Assembly (NCBI GenBank): GCA_029858425.1
Contig: JAOUFE010000001.1
Span: 1-47,800, forward strand
Length of the DNA stretch: 47,800 bases
Reading direction: 5' to 3'
Source: Spirochaetia bacterium
Lineage (GTDB): Bacteria; Spirochaetota; Leptospiria; Turneriellales; JAOUFE01
Every line of letters begins with the position of its first letter. The first letter of the stretch is position 1. This document shows positions 26,788 to 37,124 of this stretch, piece after piece. The position numbers were made by a program, and so were the translations under genes. The notes below the pieces were generated by a model. The model was not told the origin of the DNA, made no database searches, and saw only the letters and a list, made by a program, of their open reading frames with translations.

Positions 26788-28676
26788 AACTGGATCGCCG
26801 TCAGAAAAATATTCCCGGAATTATCAAAGTATTCCCGATCTTATTTTTATTTTATTTTCCCGGATTGCGCGTTTGGCCAAAAAATATCGAAAGTGTAGAT
26901 TATAAAGTTGAATTGAAATTATCCCAGTATTCCAACCAAAAAAAATATGAAGCTGTTATTTTTCTGGGTAATGCTTTTTTTCAAAAAAGCAGAGACCCGA
27001 ACAAGCAAATAGAAGAATACCTGCTAAATGGATATGAGCGTCAAATTGAGGCTCTGATTTATGCGCGCCAGGCTGCGGTCTTATATAAAAACAATCAAAT
27101 ATTACCGGCGCAAAAAACCATTGATGCTGCCTCTGAGAAATCTCCGTTTTCGGATATTATTTTGCAATTAAAAGACAAGATAGATTCTGCGGCAGAAAAA
27201 ATAAATCAGACAATAAATCTTTCTGTATCGCAAAAAGCAGAACTTGAAAAACTGCTAACTGAAGGCCGAAACTCTCTGAACCGGGAAAAAAACAGGGAAG
27301 CCCTTGATATTTTTAACAAGGCGCTAAATATCAGCCCGTCCTCTCCGGAAGCCATTGAAGGATACAACCTTGCTCTCAGCAGAACCAAAAGCGCCGCAGA
27401 TAAAATCGTTGAACTTCTGGCAAGAACAGATAAATTTGTTCTGGAGAAAAAGTATCCGGAGGCGCTAAGCGTTCTGGAAGAAATATTTACTTATGACTCC
27501 GCCAACGCAACGGCAATAAACAGAAAAAAAGAAATCAACAATCTAATTAAGCAAATGGCGCAAATTTCTCAAAAGCAGGAACTGGCCAAAGAATACCTTC
27601 AGTCTGGAAATAATTTGGCAGATCAAAATGAGTACGCCCAGGCCATAGAAAAGTACAACCTTGGTTACGGGATTCTTCCTGACTATACAAACTGGAAAAA
27701 ACTGATCCAGGATACAGAAAAAAAGCAAAAGGAAAACGAGGAAAGGGCATTTTCCAAAAGTCTGGAAGATATTGCAAAAAGTTACCAGAAGGGAATGTAT
27801 TATATCGCATCTGAGGAATTTTCCAAAGCAATTACTGAATTTGAAATTGTAATAAATATTTCAAAAAAATATGGCCAGGAACAGACAATTAAACAGGCTG
27901 AGGAATTTCTACAAAAAGCCCGCGACAATTTTAAGCGCAAAGAAGAAGAAATTGTAGGAGAAACAAATCCTTATTACAAAATGATAAATAACACCAAGAT
28001 CCTGGGAATAAACGCCTTTAGAGCAAACAATTTTACTGTCGCAAAAGAGTACTTTGGTTCTATTCTGGAGCTTTTCCCCAAAAACCGTTTTGCCATGATT
28101 TACTATCTGAAATGCGACATGGAATTAAACCCTGGATCTGCCTCTAAAATCATTAATCAGTTCATGCAAGACATAAAAAGTGATATGGAAAAAGAACCAT
28201 CTGAAGCAAAGCGCCTGCTGGGCATTGCGATGGATCTTGATCCAAAAAACCCAGAACTCATTTTACTTTCCAGGAAAATTACCCGCACAAGCCAAAGCAT
28301 TATCAAGAAATCAGATCTTCCCCCAGCAACGCTTGAACAATGGTATTCGCAGGCCTTCAATGCTTTTACCCAGGAAAATGACGCCCAAAAGGCCAATGAT
28401 TTGCTTACGAAAATTATTAACGAAGACCCCACATTTGTAAAAGCAGTTACACTCAAAGCCAGAATAGAGGGAAGAACCCGAATTGTAAAAACCCGAACCA
28501 TCGCGCCAGAAGCCCAAAAATTTTACTCGGAAGGTTTATGGCATTACGGACAGGGACGAATTCAAGAAGCAAAAAACTCCTTTGATCAGGCAATTAAAAT
28601 TGATCCGGATTACCAAAACGCTGTCAACGCAAGAGAAAAATGTATAAAATATCTCCAGCAAGCTAAGGGGAGCTGA
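26784..28676 (+). CDS. TPR-repeat protein with N-terminal membrane anchor or signal
   Basis: 630 aa with repeated A-x-x-x-F/Y...A...P TPR-like units (ALDIFNKALNISPSSPEAIEGY, AKNSFDQAIKIDPDYQNA). There is a 4-nt overlap with ispH. Confidence 0.7.
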   Translation: MKLDRRQKNIPGIIKVFPILFLFYFPGLRVWPKNIESVDYKVELKLSQYSNQKKYEAVIFLGNAFFQKSRDPNKQIEEYLLNGYERQIEALIYARQAAVLYKNNQILPAQKTIDAASEKSPFSDIILQLKDKIDSAAEKINQTINLSVSQKAELEKLLTEGRNSLNREKNREALDIFNKALNISPSSPEAIEGYNLALSRTKSAADKIVELLARTDKFVLEKKYPEALSVLEEIFTYDSANATAINRKKEINNLIKQMAQISQKQELAKEYLQSGNNLADQNEYAQAIEKYNLGYGILPDYTNWKKLIQDTEKKQKENEERAFSKSLEDIAKSYQKGMYYIASEEFSKAITEFEIVINISKKYGQEQTIKQAEEFLQKARDNFKRKEEEIVGETNPYYKMINNTKILGINAFRANNFTVAKEYFGSILELFPKNRFAMIYYLKCDMELNPGSASKIINQFMQDIKSDMEKEPSEAKRLLGIAMDLDPKNPELILLSRKITRTSQSIIKKSDLPPATLEQWYSQAFNAFTQENDAQKANDLLTKIINEDPTFVKAVTLKARIEGRTRIVKTRTIAPEAQKFYSEGLWHYGQGRIQEAKNSFDQAIKIDPDYQNAVNAREKCIKYLQQAKGS

Positions 28677-29073
28677 AATGATAAAAAGATTTTACTTTTT
28701 TCACAATGTCATGGTTGCCGCGCTTGTCGCAAGGCTCTACGGCTGCAATTTCAAAGTTCGATCCTTTAACCATTGCCATTTCTTTTTTTAATTGTTTTTT
28801 GGCCTCCCCGGGTCCAAAGATATAAACCTTTCCATGTTCTATCATCTTCATAATGTTTTGATAAAAAGTATGGTACTGATGTTTTCTCCGTTCATCTGCT
28901 TTTTGTTCCTTGACAATCGACTGAGCCACACAGGATCCTGAAGACTTCCATCCTCCAGAATGACGATAATGTTTTTCTGCTCCAGATTGAACTTCTTGTA
29001 CTTGACAATCTTCGCCTTCAAGGCTAACCAGAACAGCTTTTTGGTGATCAAGCCAAATTCCACTTTTTTTCAT
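28663..29073 (-). CDS. Hypothetical 136-aa protein
   Basis: Clean ATG ORF with protein-like composition (IWLDHQKAVLVSLEG...VYIFGPGEAKKQLKKE). No motif is firmly recognised. Confidence 0.5.
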   Translation of the reverse strand: MKKSGIWLDHQKAVLVSLEGEDCQVQEVQSGAEKHYRHSGGWKSSGSCVAQSIVKEQKADERRKHQYHTFYQNIMKMIEHGKVYIFGPGEAKKQLKKEMAMVKGSNFEIAAVEPCDKRGNHDIVKKVKSFYHFSSP

Positions 29074-29162
29074 AGTATACCTTCTTTACTGACAATGTAT
29101 TGTCTTCCCGAGCAAAACGGCAATAATTTTTATAATTTCAGGAGGTTTAAACAAGAAAGACA

Positions 29163-29212
29163 GAGCGTGGGCAAGAACTTCCATATTCACGTCAAAATGT
29201 GGTAAAAAGCGT
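29163..29212 (+). repeat. Palindromic intergenic element, copy C (left half only)
   Basis: GAGCGTGGGCAAGAACTTCCATATTCACGTCAAAATGT matches copy A 2873-2899 at 25 of 26 positions in the core, and carries the shared end motif GAGCKTGGGC..GAACT. It ends 6 nt before the stop of the 967-aa TPR gene. Confidence 0.55.
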
Positions 29213-29217
29213 AGTTT

Positions 29218-32121
29218 TCACAGGTTTTCGAGAAACTTGCTTTCCGGAAAACTTTCTTTAAGTTTATCCTTGTATGTTTTATATTCATTGTTTTTTCCGG
29301 CCTGTTTAAAACAGGTTGCCGCTTTAAACAGAGCCTTTTCAAAAAGGTCGTGATTGCCCGAGTATAAATAAATTATTTTTGTATACTCTCTTGCCGCCAT
29401 AAGGTAGTCCTGCTTTGCAAACTGAATTTCTCCAAGATAATAAAAAGCCCAGGCGGCATAATATTCTTCATCCGTTTTTTGAACCACCTGCTTGAAGAAT
29501 TCCGATGCTTCGCCGTATTTTTGGGTTTCATAATATCCAAGCGCAAGGTAATACCGGGGCGCCACAGTAAGTTCTTTTATCGGGAGTAAAGACTTCATAA
29601 TCTCCGCAGATTTTGCATAATCTTTGTTTATTAAATAGACCCGTCCTTCCTGCAAACCCAAAGATGCCAGTAAAATTTTATCATCTGCTGATTTTTTTTT
29701 CTGCGTCTCAATAACCTCAAGCGCCGCAGAAGTATTTCCTCCGTCAATATACAATTGTACAATTTGCATGATGATTTTTAACCGGAATGGAGCATATTCT
29801 TCGGCATTACTGGTTAAAAGATCGCTGGCAATCGACAGCGCTTCTGATATATCTCCGGATTCCGAGTACATTTTAATTCTTTGAAATGAAACATCGATCT
29901 TTTGCTCAATTTTTTCCGAGTCCTTGATTATCATCTTGTAAATATTGTCTGCCTTTGAATAATTTTTATTTTTTCTGTAATAAGTACCCAGATTTCTTAA
30001 TATCTCGCCCAGATAAAGAGAATCCGGTTTGACTTTTTTGAAGTCTTTATATAGTTTTTCAACTTCTCCCGGATTTCCTTTTTCAAGCAAAGCATTGGCA
30101 AGGGTATAATTGGTTTCCTCTACAGAGTTGGATAAAGGAAATTCTCTCAAAAAACGTTTAAAATAGGTAATGGCATCATCGTTTTTTTTCATGGCATACA
30201 AAGTTTTTGCATAATCCAGCAGCGCTTTTTCCCGAAAAATATTTTCAGCCGGCGCCTTTCCATAAACATTCATAAACTCCGCCAGAGCTTCTTCGTATTT
30301 ATTTTTATTGTATAAACTCCAACCTTTAAAATATATAGCTTCTATTTGTCTTTTTCCATCCGGATACATTTCAAGATAATTATTAAAACTTTCAAGAGAT
30401 TTTAAAAAATCATTTTGCCTGTAATACACCCATGCAATTTGAAATTTTGCTTCCTGGGCGGCATCTTCATGGGGAAATTTTTTAATGATGCTGTTGTAAT
30501 AATTTACGGCCTGATCAAAAGCCCGTAAATTGTACATACAAGAAGCTATGGCAAGATGAACCTCTGATTTTTGCCTGTCCGTTTTTGCCGAAGCCTCGGC
30601 TCTCCTGAACGTATCCGAAGCGCGCGCATATTGCTTTAACTCAAAATAACTCCAGCCCACACCCATTTGGGAGTCAAAAAATCTTGAATGCGCGGGGAAA
30701 AAACGGATAATTTTGCTATAACTTTGCAGCGCTTTTGTATAATCGGTCAGGGCATAGTAAACCTCTCCATCAAGAAACCAGGCGTCCTGCTTCCATTTTG
30801 ATTTAGGATATTTCTCTTCAAGCTGACTGAGTACTTCAAGCGCAACGTTATACATTTGTCCTTTGAAATGACTCTGGGCTCTCATATACATTGCCTCTGG
30901 AGCCAAATCCGAAGCCGGAAATTTTTCGTACAATCTCTCAAAGGCCATTGCCGATCTTCTGAAATCGCCTGTCAAAAATAAAAGGTTTCCTTTTTTTTGA
31001 AGTATGGCAACCTCCGCATCGCTTTCTACTCCGAATCCGTCCAGAATCCGGTCATATATATCAAGCGCCTTGCCTGTCTGGCCTGTTTTTTGATAGCAGT
31101 CGGCAAGAAGTTCCAGAGATTGGGCATAAAATTCAATATTGGAATAGTTATCAATAACCTGAATATAATTCAAAGCTGCTTCCGCAAAATCTCCCTTCAT
31201 TTGAAGGATTTGTCCCTTCCGAAAATATACCGATCCTGTATCGCTCCACTTTGGATACAACTCCAGTATCTTGTTTAAATATTCCAGAGAATCATCCAGC
31301 GCGTTTAATTTGTATCGTGTCAAAGCAAGTTGATACATGGCCTCTGGCGCCAGATCTTTCCCTGTATACTTGTCCAGTACTGCAAGGAACTGTTTTTCAG
31401 CTTCCTTATATTTTTTTTCAGCATAGTATGTTTTCCCGATCCAGAGTTCGGCTTCCTGGACTTCCGTCGAATCTTCCATCGTCTGAATCATTTTTTGAAA
31501 CTGTTTGCGAGCCAGACCAAAATCTCCGTTATTATAGCGTGAAATTCCCAACTGGAGCGCCATTTTGGGCGCCACATTGCTTGCCGGGTACATCTCAAGC
31601 GCTTTCTCAAACTCGGCTACGGCATCGTCATATCGCTTGAGTATATTATAAATATAACCAATGGTATAATAGGCATACGCGGCATGTTTGTCTTCCGGAT
31701 ATTTTTTCACAAAATCATAGTGGCTTTGCAAAGCGCTTCGATAATCTTTTAAATAATAGTGGCATTCCCCGATCCAGTATTCGGCGCGAGAAGAAAATTC
31801 GGACATTGTATAATCGCGCAAAAAAACCTTAAACTCAAAAAGAGCAGAGTTGTAATCTTCTTCATAATAATACGTCAATGCAAGGTAATACTGCGCATCG
31901 TCGGCATAATCGCCCGTATGATCTTTGTGAATAATTTCCTGAAGCAACAGTCTTGCGCTGTAATAATTGCGTTCTTTAAATGCATTCATGGCCGCCTGAA
32001 AAGCTTTGCGGCTCATAAAATCCTGGGATGAAACTGCAGGAGAAAAAAAATACAGAGACAAAATAATCGACAAATAAAATATTTTGAAAATGTTTTTTAT
32101 GCAACCTCTGTTATAAAACAT
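29218..32121 (-). CDS. Large secreted TPR-repeat protein (YbgF/BamD-like repeats)
   Basis: 967 aa with a signal peptide (IFYLSIILSLYFFSPAVSS). Many Y-x-x-A/G TPR pairs run throughout (AQYYLALTYY, EYWIGECHYY). Confidence 0.8.
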   Translation of the reverse strand: MFYNRGCIKNIFKIFYLSIILSLYFFSPAVSSQDFMSRKAFQAAMNAFKERNYYSARLLLQEIIHKDHTGDYADDAQYYLALTYYYEEDYNSALFEFKVFLRDYTMSEFSSRAEYWIGECHYYLKDYRSALQSHYDFVKKYPEDKHAAYAYYTIGYIYNILKRYDDAVAEFEKALEMYPASNVAPKMALQLGISRYNNGDFGLARKQFQKMIQTMEDSTEVQEAELWIGKTYYAEKKYKEAEKQFLAVLDKYTGKDLAPEAMYQLALTRYKLNALDDSLEYLNKILELYPKWSDTGSVYFRKGQILQMKGDFAEAALNYIQVIDNYSNIEFYAQSLELLADCYQKTGQTGKALDIYDRILDGFGVESDAEVAILQKKGNLLFLTGDFRRSAMAFERLYEKFPASDLAPEAMYMRAQSHFKGQMYNVALEVLSQLEEKYPKSKWKQDAWFLDGEVYYALTDYTKALQSYSKIIRFFPAHSRFFDSQMGVGWSYFELKQYARASDTFRRAEASAKTDRQKSEVHLAIASCMYNLRAFDQAVNYYNSIIKKFPHEDAAQEAKFQIAWVYYRQNDFLKSLESFNNYLEMYPDGKRQIEAIYFKGWSLYNKNKYEEALAEFMNVYGKAPAENIFREKALLDYAKTLYAMKKNDDAITYFKRFLREFPLSNSVEETNYTLANALLEKGNPGEVEKLYKDFKKVKPDSLYLGEILRNLGTYYRKNKNYSKADNIYKMIIKDSEKIEQKIDVSFQRIKMYSESGDISEALSIASDLLTSNAEEYAPFRLKIIMQIVQLYIDGGNTSAALEVIETQKKKSADDKILLASLGLQEGRVYLINKDYAKSAEIMKSLLPIKELTVAPRYYLALGYYETQKYGEASEFFKQVVQKTDEEYYAAWAFYYLGEIQFAKQDYLMAAREYTKIIYLYSGNHDLFEKALFKAATCFKQAGKNNEYKTYKDKLKESFPESKFLENL

Positions 32122-33448
32122 GTCTGGACAAGTCTTCGTTTTTCATCACCCCATCAAGCTGCTTCCTCACATACTCTTTATCTACAATGACTTCATCTTC
32201 AAGATATTTTTCCGCATTAAATGAGATTTCTTCAAGAAGTTTCTCCATAACTGTATGAAGTCTTCTGGCTCCGATATTTTCAGAACGGGTATTCATTTCA
32301 TAGGCTATTCTGGCAATTTCCAGAATTCCGGTTTTTTCAAAGTTCAACGCTACACCTTCGGTAGACATCAATGCCTGATACTGTTTTGTGAGAGCATTCC
32401 TCGGGTTATGCAGTATTGAAAAATAATCGTCTTCTGTCAGGGCTTCCAGTTCAACGCGAATGGGAAAACGTCCCTGAAGTTCCGGGATAAGATCAGATAC
32501 CGAAGACATATGAAACGCGCCTGCCGCAATAAACAAGATATGATCAGTTCGTATGGATCCATATTTTGTATTCACAGTTGACCCTTCAATTATTGGCAAA
32601 ATATCTCTTTGCACGCCTTCTCTGGAAACATCAGGCGACCCTTTTGATCCGCGCGAAGCAATCTTGTCAATTTCATCAATAAAAATAATTCCATTTTGTT
32701 CTACGCTTGTAATCGCATCCAGTTTTATTTTTTCCATATCCAGAAGATTTTCCGTTTCTTCTTCAATCAAGATTTTCCGGGCGTCTTTTATTGTCATTTT
32801 TTTGTTTGTCTTTTTTTTGGGCATCATATCGCCCAACAGCGACTGCATTTGATTTTCCATGTCTTCCATTCCAGGAATAGCCATTATTTGCATCATGGGT
32901 TGTGAGGATGTTGCCGCTTTGATCTCGATTTCACGATCTTCAAGATTACCGGCATGGAGTTTGCGTCGAAACATTTCCCGGATATCTTCCTCTTCTTTTG
33001 TCAGAGAAGCATGATCGGAATGATCTGCTCCGCTTAACAATATTTCAAGTATTCTTTCTTCAGTCCGATCCCGGGCTTTTTCAGCAACCATTTCCTGGTG
33101 TTTTTGCCTCACCATTTTTATGGCAACATTTACCAGATCGCGGATCATGCTTTCCACATCGCGTCCTACATAGCCCACTTCGGTATATTTTGTGGCCTCC
33201 ACTTTGATAAACGGCGCATCAACAAGTTTGGCCAACCGCCTTGCAATCTCTGTTTTACCTACTCCGGTAGGCCCCATCATAATTATATTTTTAGGATGAA
33301 TTTCCTCCTGAATGGGGTCATTCATCAAAGACTGGCGGCGCACCCTGTTTCTCAGAGCGATGGAAACCGCTTTTTTGGCCGCTGTTTGCCCGACAATAAA
33401 TTCATCGAGGCTTTTAACAATTTCTTTTGGCGTATGTCCTGCAAGCAT
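32111..33448 (-). CDS. hslU: ATP-dependent protease ATPase subunit HslU
   Basis: MGPTGVGKTEIARRLAK and IIFIDEIDKI. Confidence 0.95.
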   Translation of the reverse strand: MLAGHTPKEIVKSLDEFIVGQTAAKKAVSIALRNRVRRQSLMNDPIQEEIHPKNIIMMGPTGVGKTEIARRLAKLVDAPFIKVEATKYTEVGYVGRDVESMIRDLVNVAIKMVRQKHQEMVAEKARDRTEERILEILLSGADHSDHASLTKEEEDIREMFRRKLHAGNLEDREIEIKAATSSQPMMQIMAIPGMEDMENQMQSLLGDMMPKKKTNKKMTIKDARKILIEEETENLLDMEKIKLDAITSVEQNGIIFIDEIDKIASRGSKGSPDVSREGVQRDILPIIEGSTVNTKYGSIRTDHILFIAAGAFHMSSVSDLIPELQGRFPIRVELEALTEDDYFSILHNPRNALTKQYQALMSTEGVALNFEKTGILEIARIAYEMNTRSENIGARRLHTVMEKLLEEISFNAEKYLEDEVIVDKEYVRKQLDGVMKNEDLSRHVL

Positions 33449-33449
33449 A

Positions 33450-34007
33450 TTATTCTTTTAACTCCAAAACGGTAATATGGTGATTCGTGTAAACGCAAAT
33501 TTCAGCAGCAATCTCAAGAGACTTTTTTACAATCTCCGCTGCCGATAAACTTTCCGTTTCAAGATACGCTCTGGCTGCGGCAAGAGCGTAGTTTCCTCCT
33601 GAACCAATGGCCAGAACATTGTCTTCTGGTTCAATGACATCGCCGGTTCCGGATAAAAGAAAAATTTTCTTCCCGTCTGAGATTAGCATCATGGCTTCAA
33701 GTCGACGCAGCAATTTATCCATGCGCCAGTCTTTGGCAAGCTCTACGGCGGAACGCAGCAAGTTTCCACCGTATTTTTGAAGCTTGGCCTCAAAAAGCTC
33801 CAAAAGCGTAAAAGCATCTGCGGTAGCTCCCGCAAAACCGGCAATTACTTTGTCGTCGAATATTTTTCTGACTTTCATGGCATTACCTTTCAAAATGGTT
33901 TGCCCCATAGAGACCTGACCATCGCCGCCCATGGCGACCACGCCATTTTTTTGGACGCAACAAATCGTAGTTCCATAAATTTTATTTTCATCTGTATGTC
34001 GCATCAT
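33450..34007 (-). CDS. hslV: ATP-dependent protease subunit HslV
   Basis: GTTICCV, GDGQVS and GSGGNYA. A 12-aa extension precedes the conserved TT. Confidence 0.9.
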   Translation of the reverse strand: MMRHTDENKIYGTTICCVQKNGVVAMGGDGQVSMGQTILKGNAMKVRKIFDDKVIAGFAGATADAFTLLELFEAKLQKYGGNLLRSAVELAKDWRMDKLLRRLEAMMLISDGKKIFLLSGTGDVIEPEDNVLAIGSGGNYALAAARAYLETESLSAAEIVKKSLEIAAEICVYTNHHITVLELKE

Positions 34008-34936
34008 TAATCCTTTTTAGCATGGGGATGACAACTTCGGAACGTGTTCTGAAGTTTTTCCCTCGCAACCTTTGTGTAATTTTGCGTGGTGGATATGCTG
34101 GAATGTCCCATCATTTCCTGCACCACACGGATATCAGCCCCCGAGTTTAGCAAATCTGTGGCAAAGGAATGACGCAAGGCATGCGGCGTAATTTTTTCGT
34201 CTCCGATCAAATTCAGCCTTCGCTTTTTTAAAACATATGCCGCGCCTTTTCTTGTGATTCGCGCGCCGTGGTAATTTGTAAACAATGGGGCTTCTGACAT
34301 GACCCATTCATTTTTTTTTAAATCAGAACGCAAGGACAAATAATTATTCAAAGATGTTTTTGCAAGGTTTCCAATAAACACCACCCTTTGTTTTCCGCCT
34401 TTTCCGGAAATTACAATAGACCCTGAAATGTCGCCGGTTGAGCTGAATATATGCGCAATATTCAAGTTTAGTATTTCAGAAATCCTCATTCCCGATGAAT
34501 ACATAAGCTCCATAAGAGCTTTATCCCTGGCCTGAATCCAGAAATTTTGCCCGCTGTTATTTTCAAGCATGGTTTCCATTTCTCCCGGGCGAAGAGGCTT
34601 TGGAAGAGGCCTTCGTCCGGCTGGAACTCTCATTTTACCAATTGGATTTATCTCAAGATATCCCATTTTCTCTGAGTAGCGATAAAAAGACTTTATCGCG
34701 GCAGCTTTTCGCGCCTGCGATGAACGGATAATCTCCTTACCGTTGTGATTTAAAATATGACCCAAAAAAGCGTAAATTGTTTTGACATCTATAGCCTGCC
34801 AGAGAATTTGCTCTACATCGATAAATTCAAAAAACTGGGCAATATCTGTTTTATAGGCAAGCAGAGTATTTGGAGAACTGTTTTTTTCATACCGGAGATA
34901 CTCCAGAAAAGACTTTTCTGTTTCTTGGCGAGTCAT
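34007..34936 (-). CDS. xerC: Tyrosine recombinase XerC/XerD family (CodV-like position upstream of hslVU)
   Basis: Catalytic residues lie in SGMRISE (R), HALRHSFAT (H-x-x-R) and [12 protein letters not shown] (H...Y). Start is placed at the ATG at 34934-34936 (MTRQETEK), just after the topA stop. Confidence 0.85.
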   Translation of the reverse strand: MTRQETEKSFLEYLRYEKNSSPNTLLAYKTDIAQFFEFIDVEQILWQAIDVKTIYAFLGHILNHNGKEIIRSSQARKAAAIKSFYRYSEKMGYLEINPIGKMRVPAGRRPLPKPLRPGEMETMLENNSGQNFWIQARDKALMELMYSSGMRISEILNLNIAHIFSSTGDISGSIVISGKGGKQRVVFIGNLAKTSLNNYLSLRSDLKKNEWVMSEAPLFTNYHGARITRKGAAYVLKKRRLNLIGDEKITPHALRHSFATDLLNSGADIRVVQEMMGHSSISTTQNYTKVAREKLQNTFRSCHPHAKKD

Positions 34937-34949
34937 AAAACTTTCCCGA

Positions 34950-37099
34950 TTATTCCGGTCCGGTACTTTGCTCCACCACAAATTTGCAGTCTGGATTCTG
35001 ACAGGTAACAGTAATACCGGTTTTGCGCACTTTTTGGGACATTATGGATCTGCATTTAGGGCACGGCGTTTCCGAAGGAGGATCCATCATAATAAACTCA
35101 CAGCCGGTTGATGCGTAGTTTTCACAACCGTAAAACTTTCTTCCCTTTCCTTTTTTGGAGGATTTGGAAACCACCTTTCCCTTGCAAAGCGGACAGATGC
35201 CCACAGGAATACTTTCTGTATATCTGCAGCCTCCGACAAAATTACTGCATCCGATAAAATAACCATTTTTACCAAGTTTTTTTTGCAAAGGATTGGAGCA
35301 CAATGGACAATCCCTCCCAATCGGTACACGAGTGATATGACTCATGTCCTCGATATTTTCCGAAGCACTTTTCAGGACACCTTCAAAAGGAGTATAAAAA
35401 TCACGAAGCATATGCTTCCATTCTGTTTTTCCCCTTGCAACCTCATCCAGCGTCTCTTCCAACCCTGCCGTAAATTGAATATCGACAATATCCGGGAAAT
35501 GTTTTTGTAAAATATCATCCACCAGCTTTCCCAACTGCGTTGGTTTTAACTGACGCCCTTTCCTCTCAATATAACTTCTTTTATCCAGCGTCCCGATCGT
35601 GGGCACATATGTGGCCGGGCGTCCTATCCCGGACTCTTCCATAATCCGGATCAACGAAGCTTCGGTAAAACGTGGAGGCGGCTGGGTAAATTTTTGTTCA
35701 GGTAAAAATTGTTGCAGCTGAACCTGATCCCCTTCAAAAAATGCGGGGATATAACCTTTTTTTGCCTCGCCTGTCGGGAAAACAGCCCGAAACCCGGGGA
35801 ATATCTGACGACCTTCAGAAAACCGGAAAAGATACCTTGCATCTTCAGATATAATTTCAATGGTAGCCAGTTCATCTATTCCTGGCGTCATCTGGGAAGC
35901 TACAAAACGGCTCCAGATTAAATCATACATTTTAAACTGATCTTTGGTTAAAAAACAGCCATTTTTTCCGGGGTATTGTTCACATCGGTAGGCCTGATCG
36001 CCTCATGGGCATCCTGAGCGGACTTGCTTACGCTGTATTGTACCGGAGCAGAGGGCAAATAACTCTCATCAAAATTTTCCCTGATATAATTCCTGGCCAT
36101 ATCGAGGCCTGCCTGCGAAATTCTCGTTGAGTCCGTTCGCATGTAGGTAATTAAACCGGTAGGCCCTGAACTTTCAATTTCCACGCCTTCATAGAGCGAC
36201 TGGGCGATGGACATCGTTTTTTGAGCGCGATATCCAAGCCGGGTAGATGCATCCTGTTGAAGACGACTGGTAACGTATGGCGCCTGTGGCTTAATCTTTC
36301 GTTCAGCGCTTTTTCGGGTGACCACCGAAAATGACATTTTTTTGCAGTCGGTTTCAATGATCTTCATTGCATCCTGAGAGGCTATTTCTGATTTTTTACC
36401 ATCAAGCTGGGCAAGTTTGAATCGAACTTCCCTGTCTTTGTCTTTTGACTTTTCGGATTTCCATGTAGTATCAATTTCCCAGTACTCGCGCGGGATAAAA
36501 CTGTCTATTTCCTTTTCTCGATCCACAATAATTTTCAGCGCAGCTGATTGCACCCTTCCGGCCGAAAATCTTCGGGAGCTGAATTTTTGCTGCAAAATAG
36601 GAGAAATACTGTAACCCACGAGTCGATCCAATAGCCTTCTGGCCTGTTGGGAATTTACCCGCAATTGATCAATGGAACGCGGGTGGGCTATGGCATCCAG
36701 TACGGCGGTCTCCGTAATTTCGTTAAACTCTATTCTTTTAATATCATTATTTACGAGAGACAATGCATTTTTTAAATGCCAGCTAATGGCTTCGCCTTCA
36801 CGGTCAGGGTCGGTGGCAAGCAAAACCCGCATGGAGGCTTTGGCATATCTTCGCAGTTCCGCCAGAGTTTTTCCCTTGCCGCGAATGGTGATGTATTGCG
36901 GTTGAAAATCATTGACAATATCAATTCCCATGCTGCTTTTTGGCAAATCAATCAAATGCCCCTTTGAGGATTCAACGCGAAATTCCTTTCCAAGAAATTT
37001 GGACAGGGAGCGTATTTTAGTTGGCGACTCAACAATGATTAGCGTCTGGTTCTTTTTTTCTTTGCGGCTTTTTTTATCAATCTTGTTTTCTGCATTCAT
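34950..37099 (-). pseudogene. topA: DNA topoisomerase I, reading frame interrupted by a 1-nt frameshift at 35950-35955 (ORFs 35948-37099 and 34950-35930)
   Basis: The N-terminal ORF has TOPRIM LIIVESPTK, DPDREGEAISWH and the active-site GLITYMRTDS. It ends ...AHEAIRPTDVNNTPEKMAVF*. The C-terminal ORF starts [17 protein letters not shown] and carries three Cys4 zinc ribbons. One extra T in the T6 run would give ...[20 protein letters not shown]..., the expected continuous TopA junction. Confidence 0.9.
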
Positions 37100-37124
37100 T
37101 TAAACCAACATTTTTAATTTTTTT

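Noticed and set aside
33098-33475. Long antisense ORFs inside confirmed genes (for example 33098-33475 in hslU, 39986-40414 in uppP, 31251-31640 in the TPR gene, 4304-4528 and others in mfd)
   Set aside because: They lie opposite strongly motif-supported genes and have low-complexity or odd composition with no recognisable motifs. They are typical shadow ORFs.
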